Origin: a bacterium
Lineage (GTDB): Bacteria; Planctomycetota; Planctomycetia; Kolteriales; Kolteriaceae
Direction of reading: 5' to 3'
Assembly (NCBI GenBank): GCA_019753235.1
Contig: JAIELF010000006.1
Location: forward strand, 27,041-91,040
DNA length: 64,000 nt
A program made the translations under genes and the position numbers. The stretch's first letter is position 1, and each line of letters opens with the position of its first letter. The notes below the pieces were generated by a model that was not told where the DNA came from, searched no databases, and was given only the letters and a program-made list of their open reading frames with translations. This document shows, in pieces, positions 20,328 to 30,469 of this stretch.

Positions 20328-20378
20328 AAGCTCGCTCGCGGTCATCGAAAGCATCGTGATCAGCTGATCGAAATAGAT

Positions 20379-21410
20379 TTACATTCGGGCCATGGCATCC
20401 AGGCATGCATCGATCTCGGCATCAGTTCCGACGGAGATTCGCAAACCTTCTTTGTTCGCTGCGAGATGGAAGTAACGAATCAAGATCTTTTGTTCCTTCA
20501 GGGACTCATAGATCGGGCGAAGCGGATCATTCCTTTCGATCCAGACGAAGTTCGCTTGCGAAGGGGTGACGGTAAAACCTAGCTTCGCCAGAGCGGTCTC
20601 CAACCGGTCTCGCGTGGCCAAGACCTTTTGTCGGCAGGTGTCGAAGTAAGTTCGGTCCTCGATGGCCGCGGTCGCCGCCGCGATCGAGATCGCGTCGACG
20701 TTGTAGGAGTCCTTCACCTTCATGAGAGTCGCAATCACTTTCGGGTCGGCGACGATAAAGCCAAACCGCAGGCCCGCAAGCGAATACGATTTGCTCAATG
20801 TCCGCGTCACGACCAACCGTTCGCATTGAGAGATATCCGGGACGGAGTTCACCGGCGCGAAGTCAGCGTACGCTTCGTCCGCAACGACCAAGCAGGAAGC
20901 TTGCTCGGCCATCTTCAAGAGCGTGGCCGGGGGAAGCATTGTGCCTGTCGGCGAGTTGGGATTGGTAATGAGTGCCAAGCTTGCCCCTGCCGTGAAATCG
21001 GAGGGAAGCGATCCATCTGGCTGCCAGGGAATACTCTTCAAGCAGCATCCCTGGATGTCGGCAAGGACGCCGTACAAACCATAACTGGGGAGAGGGGCGA
21101 CGACTTTTCGACCTTCGCCGACGCAGGCCCGCATCAAAATCGTGAGCGCTTCATCGGATCCATTGGTGGCCAGCACGCTGTCGGCCGACACACCGAGGAG
21201 TTTTCCCGCCGACTCGCAAAAGTTTCGAGCGACCGGGTCGGGATAAAGTCGAAGCCGATCGGTGGCGGTTTTGTGGATGGCTTCGATCACGCGGGGGGAG
21301 GGGGGATACGGGTTTTCGTTGGTGTTGAGCTTAATGAAGCCCGTCTGTTGGGGCTGCTCGCCTGGGATGTATCCCTGCATGGCGTCGATCGATGGCCTGA
21401 AGTAAGTCAT
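20379..21410 (-). CDS. hisC: histidinol-phosphate aminotransferase
   Basis: IKLNTNENPYPPSP, NPNSPTG, and TRTLSKSYSLAGLRFGF (PLP-lysine context). 343 aa. Confidence 0.92.
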   Translation of the reverse strand: MTYFRPSIDAMQGYIPGEQPQQTGFIKLNTNENPYPPSPRVIEAIHKTATDRLRLYPDPVARNFCESAGKLLGVSADSVLATNGSDEALTILMRACVGEGRKVVAPLPSYGLYGVLADIQGCCLKSIPWQPDGSLPSDFTAGASLALITNPNSPTGTMLPPATLLKMAEQASCLVVADEAYADFAPVNSVPDISQCERLVVTRTLSKSYSLAGLRFGFIVADPKVIATLMKVKDSYNVDAISIAAATAAIEDRTYFDTCRQKVLATRDRLETALAKLGFTVTPSQANFVWIERNDPLRPIYESLKEQKILIRYFHLAANKEGLRISVGTDAEIDACLDAMARM

Positions 21411-21562
21411 GTCCGCTGGCTGGTCCTTTGCCTATCAACTGATGGAGCGTATTGTGCGACCCTCTCTGCCGCTGACCAGTCGAGGGATTCGGTTCGTTCC
21501 GCGCGATGGTCCCAGAGCCCCAGGGTCCCCGAAAAGCGACAGCTAGGCTGCGAGGTAGGTTC

Positions 21563-22342
21563 ATGGGAATCGATTTGGTGCCGAGCTTGCGGACTCTACT
21601 TCTCGAAAAGCAGCAGATCCGCGTTTGCCGGTGGGCTTTTGCGCTCGTTATCATCGGCCTTCTGCTACAGCTTTCATCGCTGGTGCTGGTCTTTTCATCG
21701 ATGGGTGGCGAAGAAAAGCCGGTCGAACCTGAGCAAATCATCACCCGACAAAGCCTTTTCTTTTTGATGGCGATCACCGATTGGCCCCGGGCCGTCGTTC
21801 TCTTAATCGTGGGTGCGCTGCATGCCTGGGTAGGCCGATCCGAGCGATGGCGCTCGGCAGGTCTGGGACTGTTGCTGACGATCTTGGCGGAGTTGGCTTG
21901 CCATGCGATTGGACTGGCCGTGATGGGGGATTCTTACTCGGTGAAAGAGGGGATGCCTTTGGGCCTTCGCTTCGCGCTGGGTGTCGAGCAGATTCTTCGG
22001 ACGCTTGAGAATTGGTGGATTGCCGTGGCCCTGGCGGAATTTGCGCTGGCGTGTCATGACACCATTCTTCTGGGCCAGTCGGAAAGGCTGGGTTACGGCG
22101 TGTTGGCATCGCTGCTTTCGGTGATGGCGCTTGTGGGTTGGACGACGCCTCTCACCGAGCTTCCCGAAGACGACTTTTCGCAGATCCTGGTTGTTGCCGC
22201 ATTAGCCAGCAGTCTGTTGGTATTGGTTTGGCTGATACAAGGGATCTTTCGAGCGCTGCTCATCAGTCGATTGTTGATTGCTCATCTCGATCAAGCATCG
22301 CGCGATTCAGCTTCTGCTCATTCACCCGACTCCGGATCTTGA
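21563..22342 (+). CDS. hypothetical integral membrane protein
   Basis: About 7 hydrophobic segments. ATG 21563 is preceded by GAGGTAGG, and the track ORF opens at ATG 21506. No family recognised. Confidence 0.5.
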   Translation: MGIDLVPSLRTLLLEKQQIRVCRWAFALVIIGLLLQLSSLVLVFSSMGGEEKPVEPEQIITRQSLFFLMAITDWPRAVVLLIVGALHAWVGRSERWRSAGLGLLLTILAELACHAIGLAVMGDSYSVKEGMPLGLRFALGVEQILRTLENWWIAVALAEFALACHDTILLGQSERLGYGVLASLLSVMALVGWTTPLTELPEDDFSQILVVAALASSLLVLVWLIQGIFRALLISRLLIAHLDQASRDSASAHSPDSGS

Positions 22343-22381
22343 TCCCTGTTCAAATGAAATGATCGCGAGAAAATGGTAGGG

Positions 22382-22759
22382 CTACTTTTCGCGCGGCGCC
22401 CGTGTGTACGCCCATGCCCAGGCGACCAAAACTCCTTGTAGAAGAAGCCGACAAATGTGGGCGGCGGGCGGCGCCTGGATAATCTGTTGATTCATAAAGA
22501 CATGAATATTGGCAGGGAAAACCGCGATAAGAAACGCCACGAGCGACCATGCCGCCAGCCTCTGAAGGCGAGGAACCAGCAGGCAAATCCCCAGGATGAT
22601 TTCCATGACCCCCGTGACATAGACGATTTCGAGATGCCAAGGAAGGTAGGGGGGCATGATCTTGAGGAAGAAATCGGTCCGGACGAAATGCATGATGCCC
22701 GCCGCGATAAAGATGCTGGCGAAGGCATACTTGGCGAGACCGAGAGTTCGCTCCATCAT
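22382..22759 (-). CDS. DoxX-like small membrane protein
   Basis: The C-terminal 125 aa of track ORF 22382-23014 (MMERTLGLAKYAFASIFIAAGIMHF ... FPANIHVF) has 4 TM helices like the DoxX/DUF-type families. The upstream 85 codons overlap pyrC and are rejected. Confidence 0.65.
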   Translation of the reverse strand: MMERTLGLAKYAFASIFIAAGIMHFVRTDFFLKIMPPYLPWHLEIVYVTGVMEIILGICLLVPRLQRLAAWSLVAFLIAVFPANIHVFMNQQIIQAPPAAHICRLLLQGVLVAWAWAYTRAPREK

Positions 22760-22854
22760 GCCGCCGTTTCTATCTGTACCGAGTCTATGACTGAAAGAGT
22801 AAGCCCCGCCGGGCCTTGCCAAATCATTACCGTGGATCGTTTTTCGTCGAGATT

Positions 22855-24171
22855 CTATCGGCGTTCCAGAGAAGCTTCCGTCGCACGCCAACCGGGCCGA
22901 ACATATTTGGTATGGCCCGCGACCAGCACCATCGCGACTCGGCCTCGGACGGTCCAACCGTGAAAGGGGCTGTTGCGCGACCGAGAGCGAAATCGTTGGC
23001 AGTCGATCGTCCATTCTTCGTTCGGGTCGATGATCGTCACGTCGGCAGGCCGACCTTCCCGAAGCGTGCCACGATTAATGCCCAGGACGCGCGCCGGATT
23101 GAAGGCGAGCTTCTCGATCAATTGTGGCCAGGTAAGATGGCCGGGATGCACCAGATGTTTGATGCACAAGGGGAGCATCGTTTCAATACCGATAATGCCG
23201 AAGGGGGCTTCGTCGAGTTCACGGAGCTTTAACTCGGTCGCAAAGGGGGAGTGATCGGAAGCGATCACCGAAATCGTCCCATCCTTCAATCCTCGAATGA
23301 CCGCGCGAACATCCCGTTCGCTGCGAAGAGGAGGATTCACTTTGAAGTTGCTGTCGAACGAGCGAAGCTCGACGTCGGTAAGAATGAAATGATGCGGGTT
23401 AGCCTCGGCCGTGACCGGGACTTGTTCCGCCTGAGCCCGGCGAACGCTTTCGACGCTCCCCTCGCAACTGAGTGATTGCAAATGAAGCTTGGCCCCTGTC
23501 CACTTGGCCAGGTGCAGATCCCGATCGACTTGAATTTGCTCGGCAGCCGTGGGAATGCCGGGCATTCCTAGGGCGACGCTTGTGTTTCCTTCGTTCATGA
23601 TGCCGCGCCGGGTCAGCTCTTCGACCTCGGGCCGACTGAGGACGGCTTTGTTCAACATGGTGGCATACTCTAGCCCGCGGCGCATGATCTCGGCATTGGC
23701 GACCGGTCGATCACTGTCGCTAAAGGCGACCGCGCCCCCTTCGAGCAGCCCCCCCATCTCGGCGAGTTCCTCTCCTTTTCTACCTTTCGTGAGAGCGCCG
23801 ATGGGAAAGACATTCACATGACCCGCGCGTTTCGCCTGCGCGGTGATGAACTCGGCCGACGATTGCGTGTCAATGGCTGGTTCGGTGTCGGGCATCACGG
23901 CGAGGCTGGTGAAGCCGCTTTCGAGGGCGGCCTTCGTTCCGGTCTCGATGGTCTCGTTATTCTCATCGCCCGGTTCACAAAGATGGACGTGCATATCAAC
24001 CAGGCCGGGCACGACGATCATTCCTCGCGCGTCGATCACGTCGTATGGTTGGCCCGTCTGTTTGTTCCCGACCCCGCGGATTCGTTGATCCTCGATCCAG
24101 AGATCCCCCTCTTGATCGATCGACTGGCTGGGATCGATGATTCGTCCGCCGCGAATGCACCGCAGAGTCAT
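22855..24171 (-). CDS. pyrC: dihydroorotase
   Basis: [19 protein letters not shown], and an amidohydrolase fold throughout. The ATG overlaps the pyrB stop (ATGA). Confidence 0.93.
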   Translation of the reverse strand: MTLRCIRGGRIIDPSQSIDQEGDLWIEDQRIRGVGNKQTGQPYDVIDARGMIVVPGLVDMHVHLCEPGDENNETIETGTKAALESGFTSLAVMPDTEPAIDTQSSAEFITAQAKRAGHVNVFPIGALTKGRKGEELAEMGGLLEGGAVAFSDSDRPVANAEIMRRGLEYATMLNKAVLSRPEVEELTRRGIMNEGNTSVALGMPGIPTAAEQIQVDRDLHLAKWTGAKLHLQSLSCEGSVESVRRAQAEQVPVTAEANPHHFILTDVELRSFDSNFKVNPPLRSERDVRAVIRGLKDGTISVIASDHSPFATELKLRELDEAPFGIIGIETMLPLCIKHLVHPGHLTWPQLIEKLAFNPARVLGINRGTLREGRPADVTIIDPNEEWTIDCQRFRSRSRNSPFHGWTVRGRVAMVLVAGHTKYVRPGWRATEASLERR

Positions 24172-25223
24172 GGCGAACCCTCCGTCGGCCGAGGCTGGCC
24201 CATGGTCAGATAAAGGCCTGCCATTCGGACTACCAATCCATTGGTCACTTGATCCAAGATTCGGCTATTCGGTCCGTCGGCAACCTCCGGACTGATTTCG
24301 ACGCCGCGATTGATTGGCCCGGGGGCGAGAATCAAGACGTCGGGCTTGGCCAACGCCATTCGGCGCGCGTCGACACAAAAGAGATGCCGATACTCGCGGA
24401 TCGATGGAAACAAGCCGGTTCGCTGACGTTCGAATTGGATTCGCAGAATGTTGATCACGTCGCATTCTGGAATCACTTCATCCAGGTCGTGACTGATTTG
24501 CACGCCCAGGTGCGAAATCTGCGGCGGAATCAGCGTCTTGGGACCACACACGACAACCTGCGCTCCGAGTTTCTTCAATCCCCAGATGTTGCTTCGCGCG
24601 ACTCGACTGTGGCTGATATCGCCTACTAAGCAGACTTTCAAACCGTCGACGCGCTTCTTCACTTCAAGGATGGTCAATATGTCCAGGAGGCCCTGCGTCG
24701 GGTGCTCATGCGCGCCGTCGCCGGCATTGATGACACTGGCGCGGAGATGTTTCGTGAGAAGATGAGGCGTCCCAGGTGTGTGATGACGAACGACCACGGC
24801 GTCAGCCCCGAGAGCTTCGAGGTTGCGAGCAGTGTCGACGAAGGATTCTCCTTTCGACATGCTCGAACCACGCGAGGTGAATTCGACGACGTTAGCCCCC
24901 AGCTTTCGCGCTGCGAGCGAGAAGCTGGTACGGGTCCGCGTCGAATCTTCGAAAAAGAGATTGCAGACGACTTTGCCACGAAGGATTTGCGACCATTCCA
25001 GGTCGCGATCTTCTTTGAAACAAGAGGCCGTCCGAAGGATCGCTTGGATCGCTTCCGGCGGTTTCTCCTCCAAATCGAGTAAATGCCGGCCGACCCAGCC
25101 TATTCCTGCCCGTGAAAGATCTTTGCTATCGACCATGCCATCCACGCCCGAACTAAACACCGCTTCCTGCGGCATCAATCCACCCAGCACCGGCCCGGTA
25201 CGACGAGATTCGCCCGAGAGCAA
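24168..25223 (-). CDS. pyrB: aspartate carbamoyltransferase catalytic subunit
   Basis: [20 protein letters not shown], and HPGPINRG-like [12 protein letters not shown]. Alternative starts at 25175 and 25136. Confidence 0.93.
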   Translation of the reverse strand: MLSGESRRTGPVLGGLMPQEAVFSSGVDGMVDSKDLSRAGIGWVGRHLLDLEEKPPEAIQAILRTASCFKEDRDLEWSQILRGKVVCNLFFEDSTRTRTSFSLAARKLGANVVEFTSRGSSMSKGESFVDTARNLEALGADAVVVRHHTPGTPHLLTKHLRASVINAGDGAHEHPTQGLLDILTILEVKKRVDGLKVCLVGDISHSRVARSNIWGLKKLGAQVVVCGPKTLIPPQISHLGVQISHDLDEVIPECDVINILRIQFERQRTGLFPSIREYRHLFCVDARRMALAKPDVLILAPGPINRGVEISPEVADGPNSRILDQVTNGLVVRMAGLYLTMGQPRPTEGSP

Positions 25224-25356
25224 GCTCAGCCCAACGACCGCGCAACCACGTCATGTTACCGGTTGTGCCCGTGGGTTGCCAACCTTTTCCCCGTCAACAC
25301 CGATTCAAAAACCTACAGTCGAGAAGAAGATCGGTGGGAGTCGTCGGAGATGGAAA

Positions 25357-25857
25357 ATGTTCGTCCAGGTTTATCAACTTCGCCGAAAACAGGTCCTCGC
25401 GATGTCGCTTGAGGATTGCTGGGATTTCTTCGCTTCACCGATGAATCTCTCGACGATAACGCCTCCTTGGCTCGGCTTCGAAGTTCTCTCGATGGACTGG
25501 GACAAAATGTACCCGGGCATGATCCTGCAGTACTACGTTCGGCCTCTGCTGGGGATTCGGCTCCGTTGGGTCACCGAGATCACGCATGTCGAGCCGAGGA
25601 CCATGTTCGTCGATGAACAGCGTTTCGGGCCCTACAAGATGTGGCACCATCAACATCATTTTCGCCCCACGCCGAGCGGAATCGAGATGACCGACATCGT
25701 TCACTACGCAATTGGCTACGGACCGCTGGACCCGCTTATGAATAGCCTGGTCGTCCGAAATCGATTGGAAGAGATCTTCTCGTTTCGCTTTAACACTTTG
25801 GAAAAGATGTTTGGAGCCGGAAGCAGTAAGGTTGCCGCCAATCTTCCACTTTCCTGA
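25357..25857 (+). CDS. SRPBCC-superfamily (START/polyketide-cyclase-like fold) protein
   Basis: The last 166 aa of track ORF 24823-25857: CWDFFASPMNLSTITPPWLGFEVL ... LRWVTEITHVEPRTMFVDEQRFGPYKMWHHQHHF ... DIVHY. This is a conserved pattern of a widespread SRPBCC family. The upstream part of the ORF is antisense to pyrB. Confidence 0.75.
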   Translation: MFVQVYQLRRKQVLAMSLEDCWDFFASPMNLSTITPPWLGFEVLSMDWDKMYPGMILQYYVRPLLGIRLRWVTEITHVEPRTMFVDEQRFGPYKMWHHQHHFRPTPSGIEMTDIVHYAIGYGPLDPLMNSLVVRNRLEEIFSFRFNTLEKMFGAGSSKVAANLPLS

Positions 25858-25992
25858 GTGAGGAAAAGTGTGGGTAGTCGGCGAATCCGTTTCGTCGATC
25901 AGCGGAAGGCCTCCTTGAAAATAGAAACGATGAGAGTTCCACTACCGACTGCTCATAGAGTGGAGACATTTTTCTTCTAGAGGAACGAAAAC

Positions 25993-26790
25993 GTGTTCGA
26001 TTCTGGATCGCATTGGTCTGGCCGATGGGTGTTGAGTGGGTTGTTCATGTTTCTGGGCGGAGTTCAAGCAAAGGAGCCGCCTGGTCCTGATGCGTCGGTC
26101 ATGATTCAGCGAGGTGAACAGTTCCTTGTGCAGATGTTCGATCGTTCGATGGATTTGCTTCCCGAGTTTCCTGGTTCAACGACGTATTGGCTTTATCACG
26201 ATAATTACTTGGCTGCCAAAATGCTGGAGAAGGTCGATCCCATTTTGGCGGCAAAGATTCGCGCGAGAATCCAATCCTTTGGCGTGGCTACTTCGGGAAA
26301 GATTGAGATTCTTTTTGGCGAGTTGCAGGGGCCGCCGAGGTTTTGGCAATTCGATCTCTCGGTAGTGGATCAGATCGGCGACAAGGTCATCAAGACCGAA
26401 CGAGTGACCGACCGAGAATTGAAAGGTTGGGAAAAGTATGCCGACCTGTTGGCGATGCGTGTGATCGGTCAGCCTCGCGATGCCCAAGCGAACGATTCTT
26501 TCGAGAAGCTGGTATCGCTCTGGGACGGTCGGGGTTTTGCCGATCCCGCGACGAAGCTTCAAAGGATTTACGCGACTTACAAGCTTGCCCTTGCCCTCAT
26601 TGCATCACAAAAGATCGATCGACCCCTTCCGTTTCGGAAAGAACTTCTCTCTCGATTGCAGAGTCAGCAAGCGAGTTCAGGAGGTTGGATCACCGATTTT
26701 GATCCGGCCGGCAATCCGCGAGGCTTTGCCAACGTTGAAACGACGTGCATGGTTTTGCTCGCTCTTCAAGGCGTGACGATCAACGATTGA
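25993..26790 (+). CDS. secreted protein, possibly alpha/alpha-toroid (prenyltransferase/terpene-cyclase-repeat-like)
   Basis: GTG start, signal-like RWVLSGLFMFLGGVQA, helical repeat character, and a QQASSGGW motif resembling the Q..DGGW repeats of toroid proteins. The family assignment is tentative. Confidence 0.5.
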   Translation: MFDSGSHWSGRWVLSGLFMFLGGVQAKEPPGPDASVMIQRGEQFLVQMFDRSMDLLPEFPGSTTYWLYHDNYLAAKMLEKVDPILAAKIRARIQSFGVATSGKIEILFGELQGPPRFWQFDLSVVDQIGDKVIKTERVTDRELKGWEKYADLLAMRVIGQPRDAQANDSFEKLVSLWDGRGFADPATKLQRIYATYKLALALIASQKIDRPLPFRKELLSRLQSQQASSGGWITDFDPAGNPRGFANVETTCMVLLALQGVTIND

Positions 26791-26898
26791 CAGTGTTTGA
26801 TTCGACCTCTTCGTTTGAACGGTGCGAAGAAGGAAAGCGTTCGTAGATCGGCATCTTCATCCACAATCGAACGTCGGTCGCCGAGCGAAGGGGCCTTG

Positions 26899-27660
26899 TC
26901 ACGCGACGTCGTTGGCCCATTCTTTTCGGATCAGATCGAGCAAGACTTCGCGATTCTTCGGCTGATCCATGAAGAAGTGGTCGCCGGGAACGGTGTGGCA
27001 TTCGAATCCTCCCCCCGCGTGCATCGACCAGCCTTCGATTTCATTCTTCAAGACGTAGGCGTCGTCTTGTCCGGTGAAGGCGACGATGGGGCATGAAACA
27101 CCTTCGCCGGGCGAGAAAACGTATAGTCCATCGAGCTTCAAATCCGCTCGCAATGCGGGCAGCAGTAGTTGCATCAGTTCCTCATGGTCGAGAACCTCGC
27201 TCGGGAAAGCGCGTAAGCTGCGAAGGAACTCGCGAACTCTCTCAAGCGGTTGTTCGTGAAGCGTTTGATCTCTCGACACCATGTGCGGAGCGCGCCGGGC
27301 GGCCACGAAGAGCTGGTCAGGCTGCGTTCGAAACTCGCGGGCGAGTCTCTTCGTGACTTCGAACGCCACCAGCGATCCCATGCTGTGGCCATAGAAAGCG
27401 AACGGCACATCCGTGAGTGGTTCAATGGCTTCGACAATCGGCTCGACAAGATCGGCGAGCGAATCGACAGGGGATTCACTCATGCGACCGGGGCGCCCTG
27501 GAAGTTGAAGAGATTGGATCTCCACGGTTGGGGGGACAAGATCGACCCAGGGTTTGAAAATAGCCGAGGATCCGCCGGCATAGGGAAAGCAGAATAGCCG
27601 AGCCGCGGGCTCTTCCACCGTTTTGGGCGAGGTCAGCCATGCCTCGGGATGATGGGTCAT
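26899..27660 (-). CDS. type II (discrete) thioesterase
   Basis: RLFCFPYAGGSS, nucleophile elbow GHSMGS, C-terminal GDHFF. 253 aa. It begins 32 nt after the permease stop, so it is probably co-transcribed. Confidence 0.88.
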   Translation of the reverse strand: MTHHPEAWLTSPKTVEEPAARLFCFPYAGGSSAIFKPWVDLVPPTVEIQSLQLPGRPGRMSESPVDSLADLVEPIVEAIEPLTDVPFAFYGHSMGSLVAFEVTKRLAREFRTQPDQLFVAARRAPHMVSRDQTLHEQPLERVREFLRSLRAFPSEVLDHEELMQLLLPALRADLKLDGLYVFSPGEGVSCPIVAFTGQDDAYVLKNEIEGWSMHAGGGFECHTVPGDHFFMDQPKNREVLLDLIRKEWANDVA

Positions 27661-27692
27661 ATCCTTTTCCCTTTTTTCAGGCGTTTGCCGAC

Positions 27693-28808
27693 TTACCGCA
27701 GGAGTTCGGCAGGATCGACATTAAAGAGGGATCGCAGCGCGAGCAGACCGGACGCCAGCGCCACCCCTAGGACGATCGCCGCCGTCGCCGCCAGCAGTGA
27801 CATGGGTATGTCAATCTGCGTGCCGATGAGTATTCCCATCCACTGAAAAGCGACGGCCAATGGAAGCCCGATCGCCAAGCCGACCAATCCGATCACCAGC
27901 GATTGTTGCAGCACGAAGAGGTTCATTCGCCAGCCGGGCACGCCGAGAGACTTGAGGACTGCCAATTCTCGAAGCATGCTCGCGGTCGCGGAGTAGAGGG
28001 TTTGACTGGTGACGACGGCGCCGACGAGAAGGCCCAGTAGTGCAGTGAACCCGACCGCCAGGCCAGACTTGGTTTTCAGAATCCAGTACCATCGCGACTG
28101 CGCGGAGAATTCATTTTTGCTGAGGACGTCGATGTCAGGGATTTCACGAAGTGCATTCATGATGGGGGCGACTTTGTCCTCGCTGGTCGCGCGAGCGAGG
28201 ATGTAAGTTGCCTCGTAATCCTTGTAGAAGAGCATCTTCTTCGCGGTTGGGATAGAACAAAAGACGTAACAGCCAGTCATGCTTGGCATGTTGTTGAGGA
28301 AGCCGACCACGCGCACCTTGTAGCCATGAATCTCGGCCACGTCGCCGAGCTTCTCTACACCGAGTTTTTCTTTGTCGGTGCGATCGATGGCGACGGCGCC
28401 CGGTTCGGACAGAGCGACCATTAACTCCGGCGAAAGCTGGGCCAGCGGCCCCAATCCGCGATCGCTGAGGTTCTGCCCACAGAGAATCACCAGCACCGTC
28501 CCCGCACGAGGATTCCACCATCGCGTGAACTCTTGAACGTACTCATCGGTCTGAGCGACATCGGGAATCATCAGCAAGCGATTGCGAAACCGATTGCTGA
28601 TGGGTCCGCCGTTGTCAGCCGAGGGCGTGTGCTTGGCCGCGATCCAAATCTGCGCTTCTGAAACGTCGACAGGGGCGCTGACCGTCGCCACCAACCCAAC
28701 GAGGACACCTCCCTGGACCGCCATCAAGACCGCACTAAAGGCAACCGCGAGCATCCCCGCCATGTATCGGCGTCGCTCGAACCAGAGTGTCTGAATCGCG
28801 TACTGCAA
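27693..28808 (-). CDS. DevC-like (MacB/FtsX-type) ABC exporter permease
   Basis: 371 aa: N-terminal TM, about 200-aa periplasmic domain, C-terminal FtsX 3-TM bundle (LAVLKSLGVPGWRM ... LRSLFNVDPAELLR). TTG start. Confidence 0.85.
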   Translation of the reverse strand: MQYAIQTLWFERRRYMAGMLAVAFSAVLMAVQGGVLVGLVATVSAPVDVSEAQIWIAAKHTPSADNGGPISNRFRNRLLMIPDVAQTDEYVQEFTRWWNPRAGTVLVILCGQNLSDRGLGPLAQLSPELMVALSEPGAVAIDRTDKEKLGVEKLGDVAEIHGYKVRVVGFLNNMPSMTGCYVFCSIPTAKKMLFYKDYEATYILARATSEDKVAPIMNALREIPDIDVLSKNEFSAQSRWYWILKTKSGLAVGFTALLGLLVGAVVTSQTLYSATASMLRELAVLKSLGVPGWRMNLFVLQQSLVIGLVGLAIGLPLAVAFQWMGILIGTQIDIPMSLLAATAAIVLGVALASGLLALRSLFNVDPAELLR

Positions 28809-28902
28809 TTTAATTCAACCATTCCGCTAGCGTATGGTGCTCAGGGCATCACTTTTCGACGTCGGCGTCATCCATCGGGGGCGGGTAACCCTGCGGACCT
28901 GG

Positions 28903-29019
28903 TCAACGAGCCTTTCTTCGCGAGGGCCGATCTCCGACCAAACGACAGGCGAAGAAAAGGAACACCAGCATGATAGCCGTCACAAGCGAAGTCGCCAAAG
29001 AGCAGGATTCAACAGGCAT
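28903..29019 (-). CDS. candidate 38-aa transmembrane micro-protein (speculative)
   Basis: My own reading of the 262-nt gap between the MFP and permease genes gives ATG 29019 ... TGA 28905-28903, encoding MPVESCSLATSLVTAIMLVFLFFACRLVGDRPSRRKAR (one TM helix and a basic tail). It is below the ORF-track length cutoff and has no clear Shine-Dalgarno. Confidence 0.2.
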   Translation of the reverse strand: MPVESCSLATSLVTAIMLVFLFFACRLVGDRPSRRKAR

Positions 29020-29070
29020 GCTCGATGGAGCCGGCAGCGAGGCAGGCTCAACGAAGGGGAAGGATGTTTT

Positions 29071-30294
29071 CTAGGAGGACTTGGCGGGCGGACTCGTCGC
29101 GGCATGGGCGGCCGGCGGAGCCTGAAAGGTGACACGAACCCGCTGACCGATGCGAAGCATTTGCGGGTCTTTCGGAAGATCGACAATGCATTCGACCGTC
29201 GGAACATCGCTTACTTCGAAGACTTTGTTCCAAATGGTGCGACGCGGAGCAACCCAGGTAGAACAGCGACGGACTTGTCCGTCCCATTCCTTGCCATCAA
29301 AATTCTCGTTGTGAATCACCACCGAGGCACCCTCGGCAATCCGGTCTGCAAATTCCTGGTCGACTTCACAGCGAACAATGAACGGTTTATCGGGACAGAA
29401 CCAGATCGTCGGCGCCATCGTCGCGCTTAGAATCTGCCCCACACCAACTTGAATTCGAAGAACTCGGCCGTCCGAGGGAGCAGTCAGCGTGTGATTGGTA
29501 AGTTCCTCTTTCGCGATGGAAAGCTTCGCCAAAGCAGCGGACTCGGAGGCTTCAGCGGAACGAACCAGCAATTGCGGGTCGGCCGCTTCCGCCTCGGCAA
29601 GTTGTTCTTTGGAGATACGAAGCATCGCCTGCAATTCGATGAGTTGATCCTTAGCCGAGAGGAAAGTCTCCTCAGCAACACCTTGCTTGGGTCGAAGAGC
29701 TTCTAGCTTGTTGGTCTGACGCTCGGCCGACTGAAGGCGTGATTCGGCCGCCAATACCGACTGACGAAGTTGTTCGATCTTATGCTTGTGATTCTGCGCG
29801 CCCTCTTTGGAGCGAAGGACTTGAATGCCCGAATCTTTGACGGCAGCCTCGGCTTGTTCAACATGGAGCTTGGCAAGCGTCGAATCAAGGACGACGATCG
29901 CATCACCCTTCTTGACGCTGGCCCCCTCTTGCACGGGAATCAACGTCACCATGCCCGAAGCTCGCGGCGTCAGCGGAACCGTACCACCCTCTACGTCAAT
30001 CGAGCCCGTGGCAACGACGGCGTTTTCCTTCATGATGCCAGAATAGGCAACAGGCAATGAGCTCGCTCCGACACTGGCGGCCAGTGCCGGCTGCGGTCCA
30101 CCAGGAATTCCCTGGCGAAATTCGCTCATGCTTGCCGCGACGAGAATCGCCACCCCTAAAAGGGCGCTCGCCGATCCGGTGATTATCTTCCAGGTTGCCA
30201 ACCCGTTTTTCCTCATTTTGGCCCGTCGAGAGCCACGCTTCTGTTCTACTACTATGCCGCCGGCTTGCAACGCCGGGTCATTGTAGTCGGCCAT
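29071..30294 (-). CDS. HlyD/DevB-like membrane fusion protein
   Basis: 407 aa: N-terminal TM anchor, lipoyl-like half motifs (VKKGDAIVVLD), a long coiled-coil hairpin (AEAAVK ... LEALRPK ... LAEAEAA), and a beta-barrel C-terminus. Confidence 0.85.
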   Translation of the reverse strand: MADYNDPALQAGGIVVEQKRGSRRAKMRKNGLATWKIITGSASALLGVAILVAASMSEFRQGIPGGPQPALAASVGASSLPVAYSGIMKENAVVATGSIDVEGGTVPLTPRASGMVTLIPVQEGASVKKGDAIVVLDSTLAKLHVEQAEAAVKDSGIQVLRSKEGAQNHKHKIEQLRQSVLAAESRLQSAERQTNKLEALRPKQGVAEETFLSAKDQLIELQAMLRISKEQLAEAEAADPQLLVRSAEASESAALAKLSIAKEELTNHTLTAPSDGRVLRIQVGVGQILSATMAPTIWFCPDKPFIVRCEVDQEFADRIAEGASVVIHNENFDGKEWDGQVRRCSTWVAPRRTIWNKVFEVSDVPTVECIVDLPKDPQMLRIGQRVRVTFQAPPAAHAATSPPAKSS

Positions 30295-30469
30295 TCCGGA
30301 CGAATTTGCGCCACCCTCAAGTTTGATCGGTCCGGTTGTGCCAATTCTTCAGTCATCATCCTTTTAGTCGAGATGGTCATTCCGAAAAAGTGGTTATTGG
30401 CACCTCTACGTCCGAAAAACCTCCCGCTAGCGACCGACCCCGGTCCACCGGCCCGCCGCGAGCATTCTG

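Noticed and set aside
20358-20369. Perfect 12-nt palindrome GATCAGCTGATC between the convergent mini-permease and hisC genes
   Set aside because: It is too short to form a stable terminator hairpin and has no flanking T-run. It may be a restriction or methylation-type site by chance.
22760-23014. N-terminal extension of the DoxX-like ORF
   Set aside because: It overlaps the 3' end of pyrC and is rich in R/P/S/G, typical of an off-frame GC-rich translation. The hydrophobic protein starts at ATG-ATG 22759.
24823-25356. N-terminal 178 codons of track ORF 24823-25857
   Set aside because: They lie antisense to pyrB and have no similarity to SRPBCC proteins. The conserved domain begins at ATG 25357.
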